Positions 38,375-47,330 of a stretch of 64,000 nt of DNA are shown here, one piece after another. Within the stretch, counting starts at the first letter, position 1. Every line of letters starts with the position of its first letter. The DNA lies in assembly GCA_046350775.1 (NCBI GenBank), contig JAXLZS010000001.1:223930-287929 (forward strand), read 5' to 3'. The notes below the pieces were generated by a model, which had not been told where the DNA came from, did not search any database, and saw only the letters and a list, made by a program, of their open reading frames with translations. A program made the translations under genes and the position numbers. Source of the stretch: Minisyncoccota bacterium. GTDB lineage: Bacteria; Patescibacteriota; Minisyncoccia; Phycocordibacterales; UBA5272.

Positions 38375-39146
38375 GGATTAATTTATAGCCGGCGTTGCGC
38401 ACAGTCTCAATACGACCAGGAAAATTATCTTTTAATAATTTACTGCGAAGATTGTGGACATGTACATCTACAAAACGACTGCTTGGCTGTTCTGATTCAT
38501 GCCAGATTTTTTCTAGAATATAGTCTTTGTCTATGGCTACATTTTCATTTTCTAAAAGCACTTTAAATATATTAGACTCTTTACCAGTCAAAGAGATAAT
38601 TAATTTTTCATTTTTATTTTTATCTATAGCTATCTCTCCAGAATTTAAATTAAAAGTAAAATTCGTCTTTTTATTTTTCAAATTTATTTTTTGAGTTTCA
38701 TCTTCATCGCCATTTTCAGAATCAGCACCAACAGAAATAAAAGAGTTATTTTTGACAATATCTGCCTTGATCAAATTGCGACGATAAAGAGAATGAATAC
38801 GAGCCATCAACTCTTTTACATTGAATGGTTTTACCATGTAGTCGTCAGCTCCGGCTGCCAAACCAAAAACTTTGTCATCGACAGTATCTTTAGCTGTCAA
38901 AATAATCACGCCACTACCGACACCAAGATTTTTAATATCACGTAAAACCTCAATACCGTCTTTCATAGGCATCATTCTGTCTAAAATAATCACATCATAT
39001 TCTTCATTTTTTTTCTTTAGATCCTTAATTTTAGAAAGTCCTTGGACTCCATTAAAAGATACATCTACTAGACATCCATTGTCTTCGAGGTAGATTTTTA
39101 TGGCTTCATTTAATTTTACATTATCTTCTACTAATAGTATTTTCAT
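38367..39146 (-). CDS. OmpR-family response regulator
   Basis: ILLVEDN, ILDRMMP, LTAKD, GADDYMVKPF, VDVHVHNLRSKL, ETVRNAGY. Confidence 0.95.
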   Translation of the reverse strand: MKILLVEDNVKLNEAIKIYLEDNGCLVDVSFNGVQGLSKIKDLKKKNEEYDVIILDRMMPMKDGIEVLRDIKNLGVGSGVIILTAKDTVDDKVFGLAAGADDYMVKPFNVKELMARIHSLYRRNLIKADIVKNNSFISVGADSENGDEDETQKINLKNKKTNFTFNLNSGEIAIDKNKNEKLIISLTGKESNIFKVLLENENVAIDKDYILEKIWHESEQPSSRFVDVHVHNLRSKLLKDNFPGRIETVRNAGYKLILD

Positions 39147-39171
39147 ATCTTTAATTATAGCAAATGTTAAG

Positions 39172-39412
39172 AAAATAAAAAGCCCTAAAAATTATGTTAA
39201 TTTTCAGGACCCCTTTAAAAAGTCTCGTCAGTTTTCAATCTCCTGCTTTTTTATTAGCAGATGAGAAAGAAAAAGATTCCTTTTTATTAGACAAGAAATC
39301 TTTTGAGCTACATGCACTTCCCTAAAAGAATTGGAGTCTTTACAAAGAAGAGAATATAAATCTTCTCTTACAAAAGAAAGGATCAAAGATAAAGATCTTA
39401 TCCTTTTGTCAA
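39172..39412 (-). ncRNA. Candidate multi-hairpin non-coding RNA
   Basis: No credible ORF. TTGACA at the 5' end, four hairpins (two sharing the loop sequence CTAATAAAAA), then a terminator stem (39182-39210) with a U-rich tail. Confidence 0.35.
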
Positions 39413-39421
39413 TTATAAAAA

Positions 39422-40399
39422 TTACTCATCATCAGCTGAACCAAATTCTCCTTTGAAATTTTGAAGGGCTTCAACTATAGGATCCATCTCGCCTAACATT
39501 ATCTTTGGCAAATTGTGCCAAGATTCCTTTATCCTGTGATCAGTGATTCTGTCTTGGGGAAAATTGTAAGTACGGATCTTTTCACTTCTATCTCCAGTAC
39601 CAACTTGCTCTCTTTTTGCTTCAACATTTTCTTTATTGAATTTTTCCTCTTCCATTTGATCAAGACGAGCTTGAAGCATCTCCATAGCTCTCTCTCTATT
39701 TTTTAATTGACTTCTCTCAATAGTACACTTCACAGCAATACCTGTAGGCTTGTGAATAAGTCTCACAGCAGTCTCGACTTTATTTACATTTTGTCCTCCT
39801 GCCCCACCAGATCGACTAGTCTCCATCTCAATGTCAGCTGGATTGATAGTTATCTTTTTTATTTTTCTAATTGGCATTACTGATACTACTACGGTAGAAG
39901 TGTGCACACGTCCATTTTTTTCTGTATCTGGCACACGCTGTACACGATGGACACCCATCTCGTATTTAAAATTATCCCAAGCAGTCTGACCTTTTATTTC
40001 AAAAGACACATCTTTGTATCCCCCGACGTCAGACACGCTCTCATCTAATTTTTCAAAGCTACATTTTTTCTTTAGTGCGAAATTTTGATACATATTGGCT
40101 AGCTCTGCTGCGAATAGAGATGACTCATCACCTCCCGCTCCAGCTGCTATCTCAAGAATCATAGCTTTTGGCTTTTCTTCTTCTGCTTTATCTTTATCAA
40201 GAATCTCAGTCATCTCTCTCCACAGATTTTCTTTTTGTAAAGAAATATCTTTAAGCTCTTCTTCAGCTATATCTTTCATGTCAGGATCAGATAATAGAGA
40301 ATTAGCCTCTTCTTCTTTTTTTAAGAGATCTTCGTATGCTGGATAAGAGGTATATTTTGTCTTATCATTTTCTCTAAAGTCTTCTGATGTATATGCCAT
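39422..40399 (-). CDS. prfA: Peptide chain release factor 1
   Basis: [24 protein letters not shown] (PxT), [29 protein letters not shown]. Confidence 0.95.
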   Translation of the reverse strand: MAYTSEDFRENDKTKYTSYPAYEDLLKKEEEANSLLSDPDMKDIAEEELKDISLQKENLWREMTEILDKDKAEEEKPKAMILEIAAGAGGDESSLFAAELANMYQNFALKKKCSFEKLDESVSDVGGYKDVSFEIKGQTAWDNFKYEMGVHRVQRVPDTEKNGRVHTSTVVVSVMPIRKIKKITINPADIEMETSRSGGAGGQNVNKVETAVRLIHKPTGIAVKCTIERSQLKNRERAMEMLQARLDQMEEEKFNKENVEAKREQVGTGDRSEKIRTYNFPQDRITDHRIKESWHNLPKIMLGEMDPIVEALQNFKGEFGSADDE

Positions 40400-40477
40400 A
40401 TATTTATATTAATAATTATACTCTATTTATACAAAATAAAAACACTCTCAAAAATAGAGAATGTTTTTATTTTTGAG

Positions 40478-40708
40478 TTAAGCTTTTTTTGTAGCTTTTT
40501 TAGCTGTAGCTGCTGCAACTTTTTTCTTGAATCTATCTACTCTTCCTGCTGTGTCTAGTACTTTCTCTTGTCCTGTGTAGAAGGGATGACAAGCTGAACA
40601 GATTTCAACCTCTATATCTTTTTGTGTTGATCCTACAGTATATTTAGCTCCACATGCGCATGTAGCTACTGCATCTGCAAAATAATCTCCGTGAATGTCT
40701 TTTTTCAT
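40478..40708 (-). CDS. rpmE: 50S ribosomal protein L31
   Basis: MKKDIH, CACG, EICSACHPFYTG, DTAGRVDRF. Confidence 0.97.
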   Translation of the reverse strand: MKKDIHGDYFADAVATCACGAKYTVGSTQKDIEVEICSACHPFYTGQEKVLDTAGRVDRFKKKVAAATAKKATKKA

Positions 40709-40824
40709 AAATTTCCTTAGTTTTATGTGTTTTATTTAGTAATAGAATACTATCATAAATTAGAGAATAAATCAAATAAATAATTGGCCTTTATTTTTAA
40801 TATTTAAAATGCTATTATGTATTT

Positions 40825-41095
40825 ACGTCCTTTATTGGAATGTATTTATGTATCTTTCTGTCTAACTATATTATGACTAGCACTCATAAGAAATAGTAAG
40901 AGGATTGATACGAAACCGCAAGAGTCTGTGGGCTTTGACTAACAGCTTTATGAGCCGGGTCAGATAAAGCCTTGCACACACCGCACAGATAAAAGTAAAT
41001 GGTCCGAAAGTAGTGACGAGCGAAATCGATAAAAAACAAAACTTTTCAAAAACCATTTTACAAAAATCTTGCGGTTTTTGTTTTAGTTTTTTATA
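40825..41095 (+). ncRNA. Candidate structured non-coding RNA (~260 nt)
   Basis: GC-richer intergenic block behind an extended -10 (TGcTATTAT 40810-18). Perfect 11-bp long-range stem 40913-23/41067-77 closes a three-way junction; U-rich 3' end. Confidence 0.5.
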
Positions 41096-41253
41096 ACTTG
41101 ACAAATGTTAAATAAATATGCTAGATTTATTTAAGTTAAATTTTACAAAATATCACAGTAGCTATATGAATTTAAAATCTTGAATTTATATAGCTGCTGT
41201 TATAGTTGGCTGGTGTATGAATATCTCTACACCAAAATTGTAAAAATTAAAAA

Positions 41254-41631
41254 ATGTACAACATTCTTAACAAAAAAATTGAAATTTCTAAATCCAGATG
41301 GGTAGCATTAAATGCTGTAAATTTCTTCCTGAGATTAAACCTTAAAAAGGAAATATATTTCCAGGAGACTACAATCAAAAAAGATAACGCCGGTTTTGAA
41401 ATAAGAAGCTTGTGCCTTCCAAATGATTTTGCTTTCTGTTTAAAAAACATTAAAGCAAACGTAAAACTTATAAAAGATAAAGGTAAACATGAACAAGATA
41501 TTTACCGTGTAGAAACAATATCAATTTACATTGAGGAGACTAAGCAAAAATTCTTTTTTGACAGAAGTGAGCTAAAATCAAATAAGGAAATGGAAAGTTT
41601 TATTATGCTACTGGAGAGTGGACAAAGATAA
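41254..41631 (+). CDS. Orphan hypothetical protein with structured leader
   Basis: 125 aa. TTGACA 41098; terminator AAGCCGATC-ATAAC-GATCGGCTT plus T run (~41650-41676). Confidence 0.65.
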   Translation: MYNILNKKIEISKSRWVALNAVNFFLRLNLKKEIYFQETTIKKDNAGFEIRSLCLPNDFAFCLKNIKANVKLIKDKGKHEQDIYRVETISIYIEETKQKFFFDRSELKSNKEMESFIMLLESGQR

Positions 41632-41674
41632 AAAACTGGGATTATAACCAAGCCGATCATAACGATCGGCTTTT

Positions 41675-42790
41675 TTATATCCTAAACTCTATTACATCAC
41701 CATCTTTCACAATATATTCTTTGCCTTCGGTGCGGACTAGTCCTTTTTCTCTAGCAACTTTATAACTTCCAGATTCTAATAAATCTTTTGAAGCAACGAC
41801 TTCGGCACGAATGAATTTATTTTGAAAGTCAGTATGAATAGCTGCGGCAGCGACAGGTGCAGTACTATTCTTTTTAATAGTCCAGCCACGAGTCTCATCC
41901 TCCCCTGTAGTAAAATAAGTCTCTAAACCGAGCATTTTGTATCCTTCATGAATTAATTCTATAATCCCATCTTCACTCACTCCGTCTACCATCTCTTTTC
42001 TCATCAATTCTTTCTCTTCTCCCTCAAAATCTTTTAATTCATCTTCGACTTTTGCGTCAATCTTACAATAATTAAAATTATTTTCTTTAAAATAATTCAT
42101 TAATTCTTGATATCTGTTGTCATTTAATTCATCCAGATTTTTAGCGCCAGCTTTTTTATTTAAAGCATAAAGAATTGGCTTCATAGTGATCAAGTGAAGC
42201 TCACGAATTAATTTTATCTCTTCTTCGTCTAGTTTTTTATCAACTAAAAGTCTATTGGCAAATTTGTCCTCATCAAGATAAGATTTGACTTTGAGCATTG
42301 CTTCTTTAAATTTTATAGCAACCTTGTCTCCCTTCTTAACATCTTTCTCTATTGTTTCTAATCTTTTATTTATGGTAGCCTGATCAGCCAAGATTAATTC
42401 TAGATTTATAATTTGTATATCAAGAAGAGGATCAATACGATTTTCAACATGTATCTGTTTATCATCCTCAAAGATTCTCACCACTTCAAGTATCGCATCT
42501 GTATCACGAATGTGTTGTAAGAATTTATTTCCAAGTCCAGCCCCTTCTGACGCTCCTTTTACAAGACCGGCAATATCTACGAATTCTACAATAGCAGGTA
42601 CAGTTTTTTTACTATTACTCATTTTTGATAAAGCATAAAGTCTCTCATCTTGCACTTCCACAATACCAACTGATGGATCAATAGTGCAAAATGGATAATT
42701 TTCTGCAGGCACACTATTTTTTGTTAGTGCGTTAAAGAGTGTACTTTTGCCAACATTTGGCAATCCGACTATTCCAATAGAGAGTGACAT
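41675..42790 (-). CDS. ychF: Redox-regulated ATPase YchF
   Basis: GIVGLPNVGKSTLFNALT, NYPFCTIDP, DIAGLVKGAS.G.GLGN.FL, EGKEYIVKDGD. Confidence 0.97.
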   Translation of the reverse strand: MSLSIGIVGLPNVGKSTLFNALTKNSVPAENYPFCTIDPSVGIVEVQDERLYALSKMSNSKKTVPAIVEFVDIAGLVKGASEGAGLGNKFLQHIRDTDAILEVVRIFEDDKQIHVENRIDPLLDIQIINLELILADQATINKRLETIEKDVKKGDKVAIKFKEAMLKVKSYLDEDKFANRLLVDKKLDEEEIKLIRELHLITMKPILYALNKKAGAKNLDELNDNRYQELMNYFKENNFNYCKIDAKVEDELKDFEGEEKELMRKEMVDGVSEDGIIELIHEGYKMLGLETYFTTGEDETRGWTIKKNSTAPVAAAAIHTDFQNKFIRAEVVASKDLLESGSYKVAREKGLVRTEGKEYIVKDGDVIEFRI

Positions 42791-42856
42791 AATGTATAGA
42801 ATATATCAAAAAATAAAAGATTTTCAAAATAAAAATAAAATGCTTTTTTATTTTTA

Positions 42857-43333
42857 TTATTCTTGACTTAATACAGCTATAATATCAACAGTATCCAATA
42901 CATCCCACCCCATTTCTTTAAAATTTTTTATCACACCAGAGCTTCCTTGGTCAAAATGAGTTATTGCTATAACTATATGATTTTTAGCTAATTCAATAAT
43001 TTGCTTACATTTTTTAATATCACGAACAGCTCCAATCCATACAAAATTATTTGATTTAAGATCTTTTTCATCTAGCAGTTCCAACCATGGAAGTCCATAC
43101 TGATCATTTAGATCCATTGATTTTATACCCACAAGACCCATACTCAATCTATCTCTAATAGTATTGCATAAATTTAAAGCAATATAAAAATTCCAATTCT
43201 GATCATTGCTAGAAATAAAAATAACGCCGGTCGAGTCTTTGGCAACATCAACTACTGCTTCAATTGATTTATTATTTGTAGGGATTTTAATGTCCAGTAT
43301 ATCTTTATAAAAGATTAAACTTTTGGAGTTGTA
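42857..43333 (-). CDS. Degenerate PilB/GspE/PilT-like ATPase domain, start uncertain
   Basis: The frame stays open 62 codons upstream of the track's TTG, back to the previous gene's TAA. VWIGAVRD...NHIVIAITH...MG...AVLSQ mirrors the GspE pattern IMVGEIRD...GHLVLSTLH...MG...GVLAQ. Confidence 0.45.
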   Translation of the reverse strand, partial: YNSKSLIFYKDILDIKIPTNNKSIEAVVDVAKDSTGVIFISSNDQNWNFYIALNLCNTIRDRLSMGLVGIKSMDLNDQYGLPWLELLDEKDLKSNNFVWIGAVRDIKKCKQIIELAKNHIVIAITHFDQGSSGVIKNFKEMGWDVLDTVDIIAVLSQE

Positions 43334-43990
43334 TTATTGCTTATTTAGTTTACCATTCAACCATTTATATGTATCCGGTTTACAATTTGTATCATCTTCG
43401 GAACACATGTCAGAAATAATCAATTTAGCTTTCTCGTTTATAATAATATTTTGTATAGAGCTCAAATCTTTATTAAAGATAAACTTATTAGAAGTTGGAT
43501 CATATAGAAAAATATTATAAGAATCTACTCCCGAGCCATTACTAGAAACAACTGACAAATCATTATATTCGTCGAAATTATAATCACTATCAAGATTTAC
43601 CACTTCTGACCCCATAGAAAGGTCCACAAAATCCACGTCACTTTCATTTAAAATTTTCTTAATATCATCCACTGTAATAACCTGATTTACTGATCCTGAG
43701 ATAGTTAACTTGTCCTGATTGCAAGAAAGTACTATTTTTACATGTATATCTTTTTTTATCTCTCCTGTATAAATATGCTCTACGCCAAATCCTGCATCGG
43801 CATATTTATTCTGATCTCCATTACAATTAGGATCAGAATAAACACTTGAGGTATTTTGACTATTAGAATTAATATAAAAAATTTTATTGCTTACTTTGTA
43901 TTTATTGTAATAAAATATCGTAAATAAGATCACAACTAAAAACACTACTATTAATAATAGATATTTATACTTTTTTAAAATATTTCTCAT
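43334..43990 (-). CDS. Membrane-anchored extracellular protein, XAC2610-like
   Basis: N-terminal TM; DYNFDEYNDL (DxNFDGxxD-like), Y.IFLYDP...KF, C-terminal YKWLNGKL. Confidence 0.6.
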   Translation of the reverse strand: MRNILKKYKYLLLIVVFLVVILFTIFYYNKYKVSNKIFYINSNSQNTSSVYSDPNCNGDQNKYADAGFGVEHIYTGEIKKDIHVKIVLSCNQDKLTISGSVNQVITVDDIKKILNESDVDFVDLSMGSEVVNLDSDYNFDEYNDLSVVSSNGSGVDSYNIFLYDPTSNKFIFNKDLSSIQNIIINEKAKLIISDMCSEDDTNCKPDTYKWLNGKLNKQ

Positions 43991-43994
43991 ATTT

Positions 43995-44252
43995 TTATCT
44001 CTGTACAGTCTGTTGAAGACCAGCTTTTGCGGCGACTTCTTGAAGTTCTTTTTGATATTTTTTCATCACTTCAAATCCTGCATACATCTCTGGCTTACCA
44101 GCTTTTACAAGCTCTTGTGTCTCCTTTGCTATTTTCTCAAAAAGCTTTGGATCAACTTCCACTAATTTTTGTATCATCTCCTTTTGATCTTCTGGAAGAT
44201 TGCGAGTTGCATATTTAGCTGCTTGCTTTGTAAAGAATTGTTTTATACCCAT
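43995..44252 (-). CDS. Small conserved hypothetical protein
   Basis: 85 aa helical protein, P.DQ.EMI..LVE.DP.LFEKIAKE; host-like start context. Confidence 0.7.
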   Translation of the reverse strand: MGIKQFFTKQAAKYATRNLPEDQKEMIQKLVEVDPKLFEKIAKETQELVKAGKPEMYAGFEVMKKYQKELQEVAAKAGLQQTVQR

Positions 44253-44269
44253 ATATTTAATATTATATT

Positions 44270-45010
44270 TTAATTTTGTGTTGAGGTAGCGACGACACCA
44301 TCCATACTATTAATCTTGTCTTCGATAAATTTCTCCATAGCTTGAGCAGACAAAGAAAGATCTGTCCATTCTTCTCCATTTATAAATACTGTAGGTGTGT
44401 GATTTAGTTGTAATTTTGTAGCTTCTAATAAAGCAGCATTTACAATATCTTTTGTTTTTTCACTATCACGATCAAGAACAAATTTTGCCATATCGAGTCC
44501 CATATCTTTAGCATATCCTTCTATTTTAGACTTAGCATCAAGAGCCTCAGACCATTCACTCTGTTTTGCAAAAAGCACATCATGCATCTCCCAAAACTTT
44601 CCCTGCTCTTTTGCTGCCTCAGTAGAATAAGCTGACAATAAAGCATTTTTATGAATTGATATAAGAGGGAAATATTTATATGTCAAAGATAAGGTTGAAG
44701 ATCCATATTTATTATTTATATAATTAAATACTTCTGGAAAAATAGCTGAGAGCTGAGAGCATGCAGGGCACTGAAAATCAGCGTACTCAACTAATTTTAT
44801 TTTTGCATTTGGATCACCTATAGTATATCTGATATCAGTCACATTTTCTATAACATTTACATTTTTCTTGTTGTTTTTATTCAAAAAATAATTTAAACCA
44901 AACAAAAATAATACTATGACTAATAAAGATATAGCTATCACAAATAAGCTTCCTCCATTTTTTTTATCCTTACTAGAGCTGCTATGAGAATGTTGAATAA
45001 TGTTTGACAT
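44270..45010 (-). CDS. DsbA-family thioredoxin-fold protein
   Basis: TM, EYADFQCPAC, YFPL..IH.NA, QGKFWEMHD.LF, TPTVFING. Confidence 0.92.
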   Translation of the reverse strand: MSNIIQHSHSSSSKDKKNGGSLFVIAISLLVIVLFLFGLNYFLNKNNKKNVNVIENVTDIRYTIGDPNAKIKLVEYADFQCPACSQLSAIFPEVFNYINNKYGSSTLSLTYKYFPLISIHKNALLSAYSTEAAKEQGKFWEMHDVLFAKQSEWSEALDAKSKIEGYAKDMGLDMAKFVLDRDSEKTKDIVNAALLEATKLQLNHTPTVFINGEEWTDLSLSAQAMEKFIEDKINSMDGVVATSTQN

Positions 45011-45078
45011 AAATAAATCAAATAATTTTTATATATTTTTAATAAATTAATAATAGGATTATATCATAAAAACCAATT

Positions 45079-46905
45079 TTATCTATCAGGAGGAACCTCA
45101 TAATAATTAATCAAAAAATTAACTAAACTAAAAAAAGAATCTTTCAAGGTCTGAGATGCGTACTGGGCGCCTTTTGGATAAGTCTGATAAAGGAAAATTA
45201 TATATTTTGGCTTTGTAGCTGGAAAATACCCCATAAAAGAGTGCAAATATCTATCATCATAATATTTCCCTGTGGAAGGATTCACCATTTGAGCTGTACC
45301 AGTCTTGGCAGCGACTGTGTATTTTGGATTTTTCATATGCATAGAGTCATCAACGACTCTAGTCAAAATATTACTAATTCTACGACTGGTTGAAGCATTT
45401 TGAAATATTTGCACAGGATCATCTTGAGCTATGACTTTTGTGTCACCGTTGTCATAAGTTATACTTTTTACAACATGTGGATTTACCAACTTTCCACCAT
45501 TACCTAGCGTGGCTAGAGCACGAATAGTCTGTATAGGTGTGAGTGCTATACCCTGTCCAAATCCAGCAGTCACAGAATCGACCAAAACATTTGAATCGAG
45601 ATTGGCCACAAGACCATGGGCCTCATTTGGTAAATCTATGCCGGTATAATCGCCTAGACCATAATTATGAAAATAATTAGAAAGAGTCGCATTTCCCATT
45701 TTTTCTACTAAAAATGCAATACCCACATTCAAAGATTGAGAAAGTATTTGTTGAAGAGGAGTATTTGGACCTCTAGCTTTTCCATCATAATTTGAGACTT
45801 TGTATCCATTTAGCATCACACTTCCAGCATCATAATAGGTAGTATTTTCATTTACAGTATTTGAATCTAAAGCTGCCGCTACAGTCAGAGGCTTTATAAT
45901 AGATCCCATCTCATAAACTCCGGATACCAAATCATTATTGTAAAGAGATATGTCGGATACATTTTTATAATCGTTTGGATCAAAACTAGGCACTTCATCC
46001 ATAGCAACTATGGATCCGTCGTTTATGTTCATAATTATTCCACCAATCTTTTCGGATTGCCATCTATCTCTAGCGTCTACCAATACTTTATGGAGATAGC
46101 TCTCCGAATTTATATCTATTGTAAGATTTATATCTCCTTCTAGATTGCTATCTGGGGCTGATTTTTTGTCCAAATCTGAGTCTTCTATAGAATTGAAATC
46201 AGAAAATATTTCTGCAAAAAAATTTGATTTAACTGTAGAAGATTTCATCAAAACATCATTATAATATTTTTCGACCCCATAAAGACCAGCTCTATCATTA
46301 CCAGAATATCCAACGAACCCTAAAACTTTAGCACCAGTATCTTTAGAAAAATAAACTCTACTCTTTTTTCTGTTTACTATTACACCTTTTATTTTAAGAG
46401 ACATTATGTCGTTGGCGATATACTCATTTACATTTGTAGCCAAAACTTCAAAAGAAGAGTTTTTCTTATTTATTTTATTAAGAAAAGTGTTTTCGTCTAC
46501 CAAAATACCATTCGTAGTAGTAGACACACCATCGAGAATTTCTTTTGGTTTATTTTTTTCAAAAGCTGAAAAGATTTTATTGTAAATATCTTTTTGTAAA
46601 TCACTCTCTGATTTTTCATTATTTATCTTAGTCGACAAATCCTTTGCTACAGTCTTTGGATCAATATCAATATCATACTCATTAGTCATTTGCACAGCGA
46701 CAGCTGGCGTGCCATCTTTGTTTGTAAAATTAATAGCCCCTCGATCAAAGTTGTCTCCTGTAGTATAAAAATATTGATCTTCGGCTTCACGACGATAATC
46801 TTTACCGTGAATAATCTGCAAATAAAAAAGCCTCACTCCTATTAATATAAAGATGAGAATTATTATAAAAATAAAAAAATTTATTCTTTTATTTACTTGG
46901 CTCAT
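45079..46905 (-). CDS. ftsI: Class B penicillin-binding protein (FtsI-like)
   Basis: RLFYLQI, G.YGVEKYY, SIIK (SxxK), SLN (SxN), KTGTAQ; in the mraZ-rsmH-ftsL cluster. Confidence 0.88.
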   Translation of the reverse strand: MSQVNKRINFFIFIIILIFILIGVRLFYLQIIHGKDYRREAEDQYFYTTGDNFDRGAINFTNKDGTPAVAVQMTNEYDIDIDPKTVAKDLSTKINNEKSESDLQKDIYNKIFSAFEKNKPKEILDGVSTTTNGILVDENTFLNKINKKNSSFEVLATNVNEYIANDIMSLKIKGVIVNRKKSRVYFSKDTGAKVLGFVGYSGNDRAGLYGVEKYYNDVLMKSSTVKSNFFAEIFSDFNSIEDSDLDKKSAPDSNLEGDINLTIDINSESYLHKVLVDARDRWQSEKIGGIIMNINDGSIVAMDEVPSFDPNDYKNVSDISLYNNDLVSGVYEMGSIIKPLTVAAALDSNTVNENTTYYDAGSVMLNGYKVSNYDGKARGPNTPLQQILSQSLNVGIAFLVEKMGNATLSNYFHNYGLGDYTGIDLPNEAHGLVANLDSNVLVDSVTAGFGQGIALTPIQTIRALATLGNGGKLVNPHVVKSITYDNGDTKVIAQDDPVQIFQNASTSRRISNILTRVVDDSMHMKNPKYTVAAKTGTAQMVNPSTGKYYDDRYLHSFMGYFPATKPKYIIFLYQTYPKGAQYASQTLKDSFFSLVNFLINYYEVPPDR

Positions 46906-46923
46906 TATTCTAATTATAATATA

Positions 46924-47328
46924 TTATTGACTGACTCCACTTTCATACAAAAAAGAAAGGCTTGCTGCCACATCTTTACGTGAGACAAAGGTATTGTCAC
47001 CAGCATCTACATATCCATTCGCAAAGGCAAAATCTTTTGTGAGACTTCTGACTGAAGAATTATACTCCTTTTCTATTTTGGCAATATTAAAATTAATAGT
47101 ATTTATTTCTGCTAAAGACTCTTTTTTATTTATTATATTAAAAATTATAGACACTACTAGTATCACATATACTATACTGAGAGCTGCTAAAATAAATAAT
47201 AAAGCGTGCACTATATGCATTTTAATTGAAGTCTTGGCGCTAGTTGTAGAAAAATTTTTAAAATTATGTAAAAAAAGCTTGTTACCAGTGAGTCTTTCTT
47301 TATTTAATTGTGTAGCGCTGATTTGCAT
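46924..47328 (-). CDS. Putative FtsL-like bitopic coiled-coil protein
   Basis: Single TM plus coiled coil, located between rsmH and ftsI. Confidence 0.55.
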   Translation of the reverse strand: MQISATQLNKERLTGNKLFLHNFKNFSTTSAKTSIKMHIVHALLFILAALSIVYVILVVSIIFNIINKKESLAEINTINFNIAKIEKEYNSSVRSLTKDFAFANGYVDAGDNTFVSRKDVAASLSFLYESGVSQ

Positions 47329-47330
47329 AT

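Noticed and set aside
40913-41077. Retron msr-msd (inverted repeat followed by G, internal hairpins)
   Set aside because: No reverse transcriptase (no YADD-type ORF) adjacent or anywhere in the window.
40990-41095. tmRNA tag region, SRP RNA or hammerhead ribozyme
   Set aside because: No tRNA-like ends or Ala-Ala tag, no SRP CAGG...GGAA...AGCA motif, and GTGACGAG-CGAAA lacks the CUGA core and stem II.
40877-41104. 75-aa minus-strand ORF from the track
   Set aside because: It begins inside the TTGACA of the next promoter, has no protein-like features and is better explained as the antisense of a structured RNA.
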